Source: an uncultured Sphingomonadaceae bacterium
Lineage (GTDB): Bacteria > Pseudomonadota > Alphaproteobacteria > Sphingomonadales > Sphingomonadaceae
Direction of reading: 5' to 3'
Assembly: GCA_947495985.1 (NCBI GenBank)
Contig: CANMBD010000002.1
Location: forward strand, 544,975-608,974
DNA: 64,000 nucleotides
Part shown: positions 27,480-36,755 of the stretch, one piece after another
How positions within the stretch are numbered: the stretch's first letter is position 1
Layout: the number at the start of each line of letters is the position of its first letter
Made by a program: the position numbers and the translations under genes
The notes under the pieces: generated by a model
Databases searched by the model: none
The model's input: the letters and a program-made list of their open reading frames with translations, nothing else
Told to the model about the DNA's origin: nothing

Positions 27480-28646
27480 CTACCCGGATTTCTTGAACGG
27501 CCCCATTTCGGCCAGAAATTCAATATCGGCGGCAACCGCCCGCCGTTCCCGGTCCAGATAGTCGGCTATGGCCGACCGGAAACCGGGATCAACAATATAA
27601 TGAGCGGACCAGGTCGGCACGGGTTGATAGCCGCGCGCCAGTTTATGACTGCCTTGCGCTCCTGCCTCGACATATTTCAAGCCCCGCGATATGGCGGCAT
27701 CGATGGCCTGGTAATAGCAAATCTCGAAATGCAGAAACGGCACATCACGGCTACAGCCCCAATAGCGACCGTATAGAGTCTCTTCACCGATCACATTCAG
27801 CGCGCCTGCAATCGGGATACCGTCCTGAACCGCCAAGATCAGCAACAGCTTTTCGCCCATTTTCTGGTGCAGCAAATCAAATGCGGCGCGGGTCAGATAG
27901 GGTGTTCCCCATTTGCGCGCGCCAGTATCCTGATAAAATTGCCAGAAATAGTCCCAATGTTCATCGGTGATATCATCGCCGGAAACATGGATGATTTCTG
28001 CCGCTTCCTGCGCCTTGCGGCGCTCCTTTTTAATCGCCTTGCGTTTGCGGGATGACAAGGCCGCGAGAAAATCATCAAAATCGGCATAATCATCATTGCG
28101 CCAGTGAAACTGGCTGTCCGCGCGGATCATCCATCCGGCTTCACGGAAAAAATCGAGCTGGTTTTCGGCCACAAAAGTCGCGTGAACCGATGAGATGCCA
28201 TTATTGGCTGCCAACTGCTGCGCAGCGCGCAACAACGGCACTGCCATGGTTTCGTCTTTCAGCAACAGGCGCGGGCCGGGCACAGGCGAGAAGGGGGCAG
28301 CAATCTGGATTTTCGGATAATATTGCCCGCCAGCATTTTCAAAGGCGTGGGCCCATTGCTGATCAAAAATATACTCGCCCTGGCTATGGGACTTTAAATA
28401 GCTGGGCAGGCAGGCCGCTATCTTTCCCGCTCCATCCTCAATGATGATGGGAAGTGATTTCCAACCGGTCCCGGGTCCGACGCTGCCCGATTCCTCCATC
28501 GCCGAAAGGAAGGCATGGGATATGAAAGGATTGGCCGTGCCTGCACAGGCATCCCACTCATCCGCAGGCAAGCTGGCAATATCGTTCGCCACGCGGGCGA
28601 TAATTCCGGTTGGATCGTCGGTTGATGGAGGAGGAGATTCTGACAT
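27480..28646 (-). CDS. DUF482 / FemAB-like GNAT-fold acyltransferase family protein
   Basis: ORF of 388 aa. Its size and pattern (NPFISHAFL...ESGSV ... YGRYWG ... HFE.CYYQAI) resemble the conserved proteobacterial DUF482 family. Confidence 0.65.
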   Translation of the reverse strand: MSESPPPSTDDPTGIIARVANDIASLPADEWDACAGTANPFISHAFLSAMEESGSVGPGTGWKSLPIIIEDGAGKIAACLPSYLKSHSQGEYIFDQQWAHAFENAGGQYYPKIQIAAPFSPVPGPRLLLKDETMAVPLLRAAQQLAANNGISSVHATFVAENQLDFFREAGWMIRADSQFHWRNDDYADFDDFLAALSSRKRKAIKKERRKAQEAAEIIHVSGDDITDEHWDYFWQFYQDTGARKWGTPYLTRAAFDLLHQKMGEKLLLILAVQDGIPIAGALNVIGEETLYGRYWGCSRDVPFLHFEICYYQAIDAAISRGLKYVEAGAQGSHKLARGYQPVPTWSAHYIVDPGFRSAIADYLDRERRAVAADIEFLAEMGPFKKSG

Positions 28647-28661
28647 GTGACGGGAATGTTA

Positions 28662-29441
28662 TCAGCTCTGCGGCATCTCATAAACCGGTTCATCTGCGTG
28701 GATCGCTGCGATTTTCTCCTGCTGCGCTGTGCGGACGGTCCATGTGACGATCGGTAAACCTCTGGCGCGATTTGATGCAGCAAAGGATGACGGAAAATCT
28801 CGCACATCATAAGCCAGAAAATCGGGCTTTGCCGTCCATAGGCTCTGATGCCGTGCGACCCGTCCTTTCAGGTTCTTGCTACCCTCTTCAGTCACAACCA
28901 GTCCGCGCACGATATGCGCCGCATTTTTGCGAAACCAGGCGGATACCAGCGGATTGAATGACATAATCGCTGCCTTGCCCGTATAGCCTTCCAGCGCTCG
29001 TCGTACTGAAAGGCATAGCGGGCCGACCCGCATATCGTTGGACTTGATCTCGATCAGTATCGGCACCTGACCGGCAATCTGCGAAAGTGTCGCGCGAAGG
29101 CGCGGGATTTTTCCGTGGCCGTCTTTCAGGTCTATCTCGTCGATGTCGCTGGCACGCAGGTTGGCCAGCTTCCCCTTTTCTCCCGTCAAGCGATCCAGCT
29201 CAAAATCGTGGAATACAAAGGCGGTGCCGTCTTCGGCGGCCTGGACATCACATTCAATGCCATGGCCCAGCTTTACGGCAGCGGCAAAGGCAGCCGGACT
29301 ATTTTCCAGAACATCCCCATTTTGTGAAGGGCCATGCAGCCCGCGATGGGCATAGGGCTGACCCTTCAGAAACGCGACCCGGGCCGGTTCAGGCGCCGGC
29401 GCCAGCAGTGCATCAAGCTGACTTGATAGCGACAATAGCAT
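28662..29441 (-). CDS. glycerophosphodiester phosphodiesterase family protein
   Basis: Motifs are YAHRGLHG, ENSPAAF, GIECDVQ and AFVFHDFELDRLTG. Confidence 0.8.
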   Translation of the reverse strand: MLLSLSSQLDALLAPAPEPARVAFLKGQPYAHRGLHGPSQNGDVLENSPAAFAAAVKLGHGIECDVQAAEDGTAFVFHDFELDRLTGEKGKLANLRASDIDEIDLKDGHGKIPRLRATLSQIAGQVPILIEIKSNDMRVGPLCLSVRRALEGYTGKAAIMSFNPLVSAWFRKNAAHIVRGLVVTEEGSKNLKGRVARHQSLWTAKPDFLAYDVRDFPSSFAASNRARGLPIVTWTVRTAQQEKIAAIHADEPVYEMPQS

Positions 29442-29880
29442 CCACCTCTACCGCAACGCCCAGTGGAAGCGCGGCAACACCGACCGCGCTGCGGGCATGT
29501 TGCCCGGCGGCACCAAAAATGACCTCCATCATGTCGGAGCAGCCATTGGCGACTTTCGGATGATCGGTATAGTCGGAGGTGCTATTGACGAAAACGCCCA
29601 GTTTCACGATCCGGTCAACTCGGTCGAGTGAACCGGTGGCTTGCTTGATCTGTGCCGCGATCATCAGGGCACAGGCTTTCGCCGCCTGTTGCCCTTCTTC
29701 AAGGCTCATACCATCGCCGAGCCGGCCGGTAATCAGCTTGCCGTCGGCCATTGATACCTGACCGCTAATGTGCAGCAGGCCGTTTATTTCGACCGCAGGA
29801 ACATAGGATGCGACCGGCGCAGCCGCTTTGGGAAGCTCTATGCCTTTGTCGTTTAATGCTTTTTCTATATTGTCTGTCAT
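29413..29880 (-). CDS. RidA/YjgF family protein
   Basis: ORF of 155 aa with SGQV, R.AVGVAALPLG and VEVDAIV. Confidence 0.82.
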   Translation of the reverse strand: MTDNIEKALNDKGIELPKAAAPVASYVPAVEINGLLHISGQVSMADGKLITGRLGDGMSLEEGQQAAKACALMIAAQIKQATGSLDRVDRIVKLGVFVNSTSDYTDHPKVANGCSDMMEVIFGAAGQHARSAVGVAALPLGVAVEVDAIVAIKSA

Positions 29881-29893
29881 GGCGCTGAATCAA

Positions 29894-30568
29894 TCATGTC
29901 TTGGCAAACTGGTCAAGCTCTTCCGGCGGCAAATCTATGGTTGGCGCGGCTTTTCCAGATTCAAATTTATCGATGATCCAGTCAAGCGCATCAGACCAAA
30001 GGTCAATGCGGTCATGAGCGGCGGGATTGGTCTTGATATGCTTGGCCAATATCGGCTCACCGACCATTTGTAGTCGCCAGACATCAGGCGCATATTTGGC
30101 GACACTGCCATGTTGATGTCCCAGATCATCGACAAATACGGTCACACTGGGATTATGATCGGCGACGATTTTCGCCAGTGGTTCGCCCTTGCCGCCCTGA
30201 TTGCAATAGACGGGAAAATCAATCCCGACGGCGCGCAGCTGCTCGGCCCGGGCTTCCCGGCGATCATCGAGTAAGTTGGTGAGGATCACGACGTCGGCGG
30301 TTTCTGCGAGCCGGTTTATGGCTTCGACAGCACCATCAATGGCGCCCTGTCGATACATTTCACCGTCAAAAAATTCCTTGAGCATCGGCCAAACGGCATC
30401 TTGCGGAACAAGCGTGCCGTCATGCTTGTGACGCAGCGCGTCAACAAAACTGCCTGATTCCAGATCAAAATGTATGTGCTTGTCGGCGTCGAGCCATTCA
30501 CGAAACGGCACGACCATATGCAGCAATACTTCATCGCAGTCGCTTATCAGAAGCGGCTTCTGGCTCAT
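29894..30568 (-). CDS. HAD-like hydrolase
   Basis: The N-terminal motif LISDCDEVLL is a DxDx(V/T)-type motif, and VFVDD occurs later. Confidence 0.6.
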   Translation of the reverse strand: MSQKPLLISDCDEVLLHMVVPFREWLDADKHIHFDLESGSFVDALRHKHDGTLVPQDAVWPMLKEFFDGEMYRQGAIDGAVEAINRLAETADVVILTNLLDDRREARAEQLRAVGIDFPVYCNQGGKGEPLAKIVADHNPSVTVFVDDLGHQHGSVAKYAPDVWRLQMVGEPILAKHIKTNPAAHDRIDLWSDALDWIIDKFESGKAAPTIDLPPEELDQFAKT

Positions 30569-30852
30569 GTGAAATCTCCGGGATTATTCAGATATTGGGC
30601 TGCGGCAGCCAGTTTTTCAGGCGGAACGCCAATGGATTCCGCGCAGGCAACCAGATCGGGTTCATGATTGGCAAGAAAACCCAAAAGCGAGGAAAGCATC
30701 GCCGGGTCTTCCAAACCAGAGCGCAGCTCTCTCGGGTCCAGACCTGTCAGGGCGAGCAGGCGCTGTGCGCGATCTTCATCCTGCAAGACCCAGCCGAGGG
30801 CTTGTAGCGCCAATATTTCGGTTTCGGCAGAGATATTGCTATTTGTTTCCAT
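30565..30852 (-). CDS. DUF3572-like small protein
   Basis: ORF of 95 aa. The pattern ALQALGWVL...R..RLLALTGLDP..LR is typical of the alphaproteobacterial DUF3572 family. It overlaps the HAD gene by 4 nt. Confidence 0.55.
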   Translation of the reverse strand: METNSNISAETEILALQALGWVLQDEDRAQRLLALTGLDPRELRSGLEDPAMLSSLLGFLANHEPDLVACAESIGVPPEKLAAAAQYLNNPGDFT

Positions 30853-30905
30853 TTCGGCTTTCGCCTAAAGGGTTAACTGGGCGTTTGGAAGGGGCAAGTC
30901 GCACC

Positions 30906-31274
30906 GTGGCAAAAAGAGTTCTGGTCGTAGAAGATAATGAGCTGAACCTTAAACTGTTCTGCGACCTGCTGCGCGCGCACGGTTTTGTTGTCGAACCGGT
31001 GAAAGATGGCCGCGAAGTGCTCGACAAGGCGCGCAGTTTCGTCCCCAATTTGGTGATCATGGATATCCAGCTGCCCCATGTCAGCGGCCTGGACCTGATC
31101 GAGCAGATCAAGAAGGACGGACAGCTCAAAGTCATACCGATCATGGCTGTCACGGCCTATGCAGGCAAAGGTGATGAAGATCGGATTTTGACTGCCGGAG
31201 CAGAGGCCTATGTTTCAAAGCCCATATCAGTGGCGAAATTTATCGAATCGGTACAGGGCGTCCTGCAACGATAA
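30906..31274 (+). CDS. divK: single-domain response regulator, DivK-like
   Basis: From a GTG start the sequence is VAKRVLVVEDNELNLKLFCDLLRAHGF...LVIMDIQLPHVSGLDLI...VTAYAGKGDEDRILTAGAEAYVSKPISV. This closely resembles Caulobacter DivK. Confidence 0.78.
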   Translation: MAKRVLVVEDNELNLKLFCDLLRAHGFVVEPVKDGREVLDKARSFVPNLVIMDIQLPHVSGLDLIEQIKKDGQLKVIPIMAVTAYAGKGDEDRILTAGAEAYVSKPISVAKFIESVQGVLQR

Positions 31275-31312
31275 TCGCGATTCAGTTTTTCAAATTTTCA
31301 GCAAAAAAGCGC

Positions 31313-31480
31313 TTACTTGATTTTCGCTTCTTTGAATTCGACATGCTTGCGCACAACCGGATCATATTTGCGCCGCACCATTTTTTCGGTGAGATTGCGG
31401 GGGTTTTTACGGGTTACGTAGAAAAAGCCGGTATCCGCCGTGCTGACGAGTTTGATTTTTACATTGGCTGGTTTCGCCAT
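31313..31480 (-). CDS. rpmG: 50S ribosomal protein L33
   Basis: [55 protein letters not shown], 55 aa. Confidence 0.95.
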   Translation of the reverse strand: MAKPANVKIKLVSTADTGFFYVTRKNPRNLTEKMVRRKYDPVVRKHVEFKEAKIK

Positions 31481-31641
31481 GGCGCATTCCTTAAAAGCAA
31501 TTTTCTGAAGGTGCGATTTGCCCAAAAAAGCTGGTGCAATCCGCAGCAATTGAGCGCGCTAATGCTGAAACCCGCGATGATTGTCAAGAAAAAGCATAGG
31601 AACAGCCCGTCTGAAACAGTCCTGGCACCATTTACTGCCCA

Positions 31642-31649
31642 TTAACCAT
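31642..31649 (+). promoter_or_regulatory. exact TTAACCAT 8-mer (CtrA half-site type)
   Basis: It is intergenic, 36 nt upstream of the ATG at 31686. The 8-bp palindrome GGTGCACC follows at 31660-31667. Confidence 0.35.
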
Positions 31650-31685
31650 ATTTTTGCATGGTGCACCGGTAAATGAGGCAATCCT

Positions 31686-32021
31686 ATGGATCATGATCAA
31701 AATCTACTCGTTCAGGCAGAAATGCTGGCTTTGCTGGAGGGCATGCCATCTTCCCTGGTGGAAAAGCATCCGGTGCAGTTTCTGATGCATCTTGATCAAA
31801 TCCGGCAAAAAGCGGCGCAGCATCATCTGACGGCCTTACATGATCTTAGCTGTGCTTTTGAATCAGCACTGCAACAGGCGCTGCAAAGCGGCAAAGGGGT
31901 TGTTGTCGCCGAGTCATATATGGGTGCCATGCGGGATGCGTTGAAATGCGGACCACTGAACAAGGCTGTGGCGGAAACGTTGATGGCCAATGTAGCGTTG
32001 CGGTTGGGCGGACAGCCCTAA
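31686..32021 (+). CDS. hypothetical small helical protein
   Basis: ORF of 111 aa with no recognised motif. It lies 10 nt upstream of the GDT1-family gene on the same strand. Confidence 0.45.
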   Translation: MDHDQNLLVQAEMLALLEGMPSSLVEKHPVQFLMHLDQIRQKAAQHHLTALHDLSCAFESALQQALQSGKGVVVAESYMGAMRDALKCGPLNKAVAETLMANVALRLGGQP

Positions 32022-32031
32022 CGGCCAGTCT

Positions 32032-32598
32032 GTGGATGCATTCCTGACATCTTTGTTCGCGCTGCTTTTGGCGGAAATTGGCGATCGGCCCCAGATTTTA
32101 TGCGCCGCTCTTGCCATTCGCTATGGGCGCGTCACGCCGATAATCTGGGGGCTAGGACTGGCAACGCTGCTCAATTGTCTGATTTCTGCACTTGGCGGTT
32201 CTGTGGTGAATGAGTGGATTAGCGAAGAGCCGCTGCGGCTTTTCTATGCTCTTTCTTTATTGCTTGCAGGCATTGGCATGGTAGCTTGGCGGCGACCGGT
32301 TGATCTGCTCGAAAAATGGACTCTGGGTCCGTTCTGGACATCATTCCTGGGTCTTTTCATTCTGCAGTTTGGCGACAAGGGCCAATTCATACTGGCAGCG
32401 ACAGCCGCGCGTACCGATGCCTGGGCCTTTGCGGCCGCGGGTGGATGGATTGGCGTTATGCTCGCCTGTGTTCCAGCCTTGATATTTCAGGAAAAACTGG
32501 CGCAGATGTTACCGATCCGGACCATCCGCTACACGGGTGGTTCCATATTTCTGGTAATCGGTTCGATCATGGCGCTGAGCGCCTGGGGGATATTCTAA
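32032..32598 (+). CDS. UPF0016 (GDT1/TMEM165) family cation transporter
   Basis: Two copies of the family motif are present, LAEIGDRPQ and LQFGDKGQF, along with about six TM helices. The start is GTG. Confidence 0.8.
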   Translation: MDAFLTSLFALLLAEIGDRPQILCAALAIRYGRVTPIIWGLGLATLLNCLISALGGSVVNEWISEEPLRLFYALSLLLAGIGMVAWRRPVDLLEKWTLGPFWTSFLGLFILQFGDKGQFILAATAARTDAWAFAAAGGWIGVMLACVPALIFQEKLAQMLPIRTIRYTGGSIFLVIGSIMALSAWGIF

Positions 32599-32734
32599 AA
32601 AGCGGTAAATTCGATTACAATATTCCTTATATATTGATAAATACGATCATATAAAGCCAAGTTTTGCGTTGGCCATGTCGGATGTGAACGCCTATTTTGC
32701 TCTCCATAAAGTCCAAGAATGATGGAGAACCGAT

Positions 32735-33199
32735 ATGACAACTGGTGACAATGCAAGAAAAGCGCTGGCCGAATCCCTTAATACAGTGCTTGCAAACAGC
32801 TTTGCGCTATATTTGAAAACCAAAAACTTCCACTGGCACGTGTCAGGACCGCATTTTCGCGACTATCATCTGATGTTTGATGATCAGGCCGCGCAGATAC
32901 TGGCAACGACTGACGCAATTGCCGAGCGTGTTCGTAAAAATGGCCAGCGGACGCTGACGTCTATTGGTGATATTGCGAAGCGGCAGGATATTGCAGATAA
33001 TGACGCTGGCAAAGTTTCTGCTGGAGATATGCTGAAGGAGCTGCGTCAGGACAATCTGGCGCTGGTGGAAAATCTACGAGCCGCGAAAGAGCTGGCTGGC
33101 GAGGCTGGCGACAATGCAACAGACGGCATTATCGACGACTGGACCGACCAGGCCGAAGAGCGGGCGTGGTTTTTACTTGAAAGCGCACAGAACGCCTGA
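32735..33199 (+). CDS. dps: Dps family DNA-protection / ferritin-like protein
   Basis: The motifs LYLKTKNFHWHVSGPHFRDYHLMFDDQ and the length of 154 aa fit Dps. Confidence 0.9.
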   Translation: MTTGDNARKALAESLNTVLANSFALYLKTKNFHWHVSGPHFRDYHLMFDDQAAQILATTDAIAERVRKNGQRTLTSIGDIAKRQDIADNDAGKVSAGDMLKELRQDNLALVENLRAAKELAGEAGDNATDGIIDDWTDQAEERAWFLLESAQNA

Positions 33200-33227
33200 T
33201 TTTAGATTGGCAAATCGTTATGGAAGG

Positions 33228-33259
33228 GCCGGCGGACGAAATCTTCCGCCGGCTTTTTT
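33228..33259 (+). terminator. rho-independent terminator after dps
   Basis: GCCGGCGGA-loop-TCCGCCGGC followed by T6. Confidence 0.85.
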
Positions 33260-33280
33260 ATTGATGCCTGCCTGCCAGAC

Positions 33281-33307
33281 AAAAAAATAGCGGACTTTCG
33301 CCCGCTA
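33281..33307 (-). terminator. rho-independent terminator after the tandem-CSD gene
   Basis: The minus strand reads TAGCGGGCGAAAGTCCGCTA followed by T7. Confidence 0.7.
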
Positions 33308-33344
33308 GATTTTCTCATTCCAACCTGTGGTCAGGTTGGAACGA

Positions 33345-34031
33345 CTATTTGGAAACCAGATTAACTGCCGCGGTTTTGCCGCGACGGTCCACTTCCAGTT
33401 CAAACTCCAGCTTGTCGCCTTCTTCCAAGCCGCTCATGCCAGCGCGTTCGACAGCCGAAATATGGACAAATGCATCTGGTTGGCCATCATCACGCTGGAT
33501 GAAGCCAAAGCCTTTCATGCTGTTGAAAAATTTGACGGTGCCACTTGCTTTCTCGCCGGTCAGCTCGCGCTGGGGTGGCCCACCGCGATCTTCGCGCGCG
33601 ACAGGTTCCGGAGCCTCAATCAGGTCACCTTCAATCTGAATATCAGATGCGGAGACTTTGCCGCCGCGATCAACCAGAGAGAAACGCAAACCTTGTCCCT
33701 CTGCGAGGCCTTTAAGGCCAGCGCGTTCAACCTGACTAATATGCACAAATACGTCGTCACCGCCGGTATCCTGAACAATGAAGCCAAAGCCTTTCTGTGC
33801 ATTGAAGAATTTCACCTTACCCGTGCTTTCACCCACAACCTGATCAGGCATTCCGCCTCCGTGGCCGCCGCCATGGCCACCACCGCGTTGTCCGCCGCTA
33901 TAACCTGTATCTGGCCGCGTATATCTTTCTACTGGAGGGCCGCTATCACCTTGATACCCATCAAAATTCTCATCGCCAAAGCTATCACGCTTGTCCCGGC
34001 CTCTGCCACGCCGGTTTCTGTCAAAACCCAT
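33345..34031 (-). CDS. cold-shock-domain protein with two CSDs and an Arg/Gly-rich N-terminal tail
   Basis: There are two copies of the CSD signature, GKVKFFNAQKGFGFIV...VFVHIS and GTVKFFNSMKGFGFIQ...AFVHIS. The N-terminus is MGFDRNRRGRGRDKRD...GGQRGGGHGGGHGGG. Confidence 0.85.
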   Translation of the reverse strand: MGFDRNRRGRGRDKRDSFGDENFDGYQGDSGPPVERYTRPDTGYSGGQRGGGHGGGHGGGMPDQVVGESTGKVKFFNAQKGFGFIVQDTGGDDVFVHISQVERAGLKGLAEGQGLRFSLVDRGGKVSASDIQIEGDLIEAPEPVAREDRGGPPQRELTGEKASGTVKFFNSMKGFGFIQRDDGQPDAFVHISAVERAGMSGLEEGDKLEFELEVDRRGKTAAVNLVSK

Positions 34032-34140
34032 TCTTGAATCGTCTTTCACTTCGTCCGATAAATCAAATCCAATGTCGTAGCGGACGATAGCCCGAGCATT
34101 TTCCTACGCGAATCCCGATACCGCGCGGCGTAACCATATA

Positions 34141-34178
34141 GAAAAACCAAAGCTTATGCGAATAAAAATCCGCATAAG
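34141..34178 (-). terminator. rho-independent terminator after the small membrane protein gene
   Basis: The minus strand reads CTTATGCG-loop-CGCATAAG followed by CTTTGGTTTTT. Confidence 0.65.
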
Positions 34179-34219
34179 GTTAATTTCGGTTGAATCATCT
34201 GCGAGTCAAATTCGATCGT

Positions 34220-34582
34220 TTAAAAGAGCCATGTCTTTGGATCGGCAATAGGTTCCTGTTTCTGGGCCTTCAAAAGCGCCAAAATGGACCGTACCAAAAC
34301 CCAGATCGCCAGAGCAATCAGGATAGGAATACCTATCAACACGATCGACAGGACAATCCCGATAACACTGCCAATCAGGCCGATTACAAAGGTCATGATG
34401 TGAAACTGCAAATGACTCTCTTCCCAAGTGCCGGCCACTTCATCTTTCCAGATAAAGGCCAGAACCACGCCGACAATGCCGGTCACGCCAACGAAGAAAC
34501 TGGCAATGTAGAGCAACGACACAATTGTCGCTTTGTTCATGTCAAAACCACCTGATGCTGGTTCCGGTGTTTGGTCTGTCAT
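34220..34582 (-). CDS. hypothetical small integral membrane protein
   Basis: ORF of 120 aa with three or four hydrophobic helices. Its family is uncertain, possibly DUF4870-like. Confidence 0.5.
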   Translation of the reverse strand: MTDQTPEPASGGFDMNKATIVSLLYIASFFVGVTGIVGVVLAFIWKDEVAGTWEESHLQFHIMTFVIGLIGSVIGIVLSIVLIGIPILIALAIWVLVRSILALLKAQKQEPIADPKTWLF

Positions 34583-34728
34583 CTCGATCTTCCCCTCTTT
34601 AAGGCTTCAAATTCTGAACTTTAACAGCAATCTAATTCTTGCTGTTTAGCCTGTGCTGCGGCACATACTATAGCTATGAGCATTATTTTTAAAAGATTTT
34701 CCGGTCCAACAGTGCGGAGCGAAGCGTA

Positions 34729-35346
34729 ATGGCAGTATTTTTCCACGAGGAAGACTTGCCTGAGGGTGTGTTGGCAGATGGGCCAGTGGCCGTGGATACT
34801 GAAACCATGGGCTTGCAAACATTGCGGGATCGTCTGTGCCTGCTCCAGATTTCGGACGGCAACGGAGACGAGCATCTGATCCGGTTTGGTCCCGGCAGTG
34901 ACTATGCGGCGCCGAATTTGAAACGGATATTGGCTGATCCCGCCCGAACGAAGCTTTATCATTTTGCGCGTTTTGATCTGGCCGCTATCGAATATTATAT
35001 GGGCGTCATGGCAGAACCGGTTTTTTGCACCAAAATCGCGTCACGACTGATCCGCACCTATACTGATCGTCATGGGCTGAAAGAGCTGGTCCGTGAGCTA
35101 TTGGGTCAGGATATTTCCAAGCAGCAGCAGTCCAGCGATTGGGGAGGACCGGAGCTGAGCGATGCACAGCGGGATTATGCGGCATCCGATGTCCGTTTTC
35201 TGCACCGGTTGAAAGACGAGTTGGAAGTTCGCCTGGAACGAGAAGGACGCACCGCTATGGCGCAGGCCTGTTTCGACTTTTTGCCGCATCGGGCGCGGCT
35301 TGATATTGCCGGCTGGCCGGAAACCGATATTTTTGCCCATGCCTAA
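34729..35346 (+). CDS. 3-prime to 5-prime exonuclease, short RNase D-like (DEDD family)
   Basis: Motifs are VAVDTETMGL (Exo I), HFARFDL and YAASDV (Exo III). Confidence 0.8.
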   Translation: MAVFFHEEDLPEGVLADGPVAVDTETMGLQTLRDRLCLLQISDGNGDEHLIRFGPGSDYAAPNLKRILADPARTKLYHFARFDLAAIEYYMGVMAEPVFCTKIASRLIRTYTDRHGLKELVRELLGQDISKQQQSSDWGGPELSDAQRDYAASDVRFLHRLKDELEVRLEREGRTAMAQACFDFLPHRARLDIAGWPETDIFAHA

Positions 35347-35403
35347 AACATCATGCGGTTCAGCAATGATAAATTTCAACAGGTGCTCTGCGTTTACAGA
35401 TAG

Positions 35404-36048
35404 ATGACTACCAAGACCGAACATATCAAAAACAAGCGTCAGCAATTTGCCTCCCCTGGAGGTAGCCATGACCGTAACATCAGGCTGCTGCGGGTGATAT
35501 TGCCGCTCGGCGTCGGCGCCTTGGGTGCGGTATTGGCATTGGCACCTTTTACGACCGGCGGTGAGCTCAGCTTTGTGCTTGATAAAGATAGTGTCGATGT
35601 TGCCAAAGAACGGATGCGGGTAACCGAAGCACTCTACCGCGGTGAAGATAGCCAGGGCCGCCCATTTTCGATCAAGGCGGGATCTGCAGTCCAGAAAAGT
35701 TCGCAAGAAGCGGTGGTGGAGTTAAATGATCTATCGGCGCGGATATTGTTAAGCGACGGACCGGCTCAAATTCGCGCCGGCGCCGGCCGCTATAATATGG
35801 ACCGGGAAGATGTCACGGTGCCCGGCACTGTTCAGGTGGAAAGCGCCGGCGGATACCGACTAACCACCAATAACGTCACAGTGGACCTGCAAAGCCGGTC
35901 ATTGAAAAGTGACGCGCCGGTGGAAGGCCGCACGAACCTCGGTACATTTCGGGCTGATAGCCTGAAAGCTGACATGACCAAACGAACAGTTACACTGGAT
36001 GGCAACGCAAAGTTGCGTATCGTCCAAAACGGACTAAGAGGGCGATAG
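35404..36048 (+). CDS. lptC: LPS export system protein LptC
   Basis: ORF of 214 aa with an N-terminal TM anchor and a beta-rich OstA-like body. It lies immediately upstream of lptA. Confidence 0.72.
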   Translation: MTTKTEHIKNKRQQFASPGGSHDRNIRLLRVILPLGVGALGAVLALAPFTTGGELSFVLDKDSVDVAKERMRVTEALYRGEDSQGRPFSIKAGSAVQKSSQEAVVELNDLSARILLSDGPAQIRAGAGRYNMDREDVTVPGTVQVESAGGYRLTTNNVTVDLQSRSLKSDAPVEGRTNLGTFRADSLKADMTKRTVTLDGNAKLRIVQNGLRGR

Positions 36049-36597
36049 ATGATCAAACGTTCTTTTCTAGCAGCCTCACTGGGGGCGTTGGCGGCCACCG
36101 CCGGTGTACTGACATTGGCTGGCCCTGCCCCCGCACAGGTTTTTGGCGGGCATAACAGCAATGCGCCGGTAAATTTCGATGCCGGACGAATAGAGGTACA
36201 GGATCGGGCTGACCGTGTCGTGCTGTCTGGCGCCGTGCGCGTTGAGCAGGCCGGTCTTGTCCTGAATTCGGCCCGGATGACGGTGGCTTATCGCAATACC
36301 AGCGGCATTGAAGTTGACCGAATTGATGCTTCTGGCGGGGTGACTATCCGCAAAGGGGGGGACACTGCGAGCGGGAACGTTGCGATTTATGACCTGAACC
36401 GTCGTCTGATAACACTGGTCGGCGGTGTGACATTGACTCAGGGTAGTAACAGATTGTCCGGTGGCCGGGTCATTATTGATCTGGCGTCAGGCCGTTCGAC
36501 CATAGATGGTCGTGCCGCCGGCGGTTCCACTCCGGGCACCCGCGGATCTGATGGCCGTGTGTCGGGCACATTCACAGTGCCCCAGCGTACCGACTAA
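36049..36597 (+). CDS. lptA: LPS transport periplasmic protein LptA (OstA N-terminal domain)
   Basis: ORF of 182 aa with a signal peptide and OstA-like repeats (V.LSGAVRVEQ ... LVGGVTLTQG). It lies between lptC and lptB. Confidence 0.78.
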   Translation: MIKRSFLAASLGALAATAGVLTLAGPAPAQVFGGHNSNAPVNFDAGRIEVQDRADRVVLSGAVRVEQAGLVLNSARMTVAYRNTSGIEVDRIDASGGVTIRKGGDTASGNVAIYDLNRRLITLVGGVTLTQGSNRLSGGRVIIDLASGRSTIDGRAAGGSTPGTRGSDGRVSGTFTVPQRTD

Positions 36598-36755
36598 ATT
36601 TCTCCAAATCGGCGATAATATTAATTTTTGGACCAAGTCTTGCGGTGTTTTATAGGCAGATTGGCGATAAAACATGGCTCTTTCGCGCCAAAAAGAACCA
36701 TTTTCGATCAATCATGCATAAAGCTTGCCAATTTCGAGTGAATTGGGCCATGTTG

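Noticed and set aside
31623-31638. Sigma-54-like promoter TGGCACCATTTACTGC upstream of the small helical ORF, in a window that encodes rpoN.
   Set aside because: The GG and GC dinucleotides are separated by 11 nt rather than the strictly conserved 10 nt, so it is a near-miss. No enhancer-binding protein gene is nearby.
32636-32653. A Fur-box-like A+T-rich sequence (GATAAATACGATCATATA) upstream of dps.
   Set aside because: By my alignment only about 11 of 19 positions match the classical Fur box. The region is generally A+T-rich, so the resemblance may be compositional.
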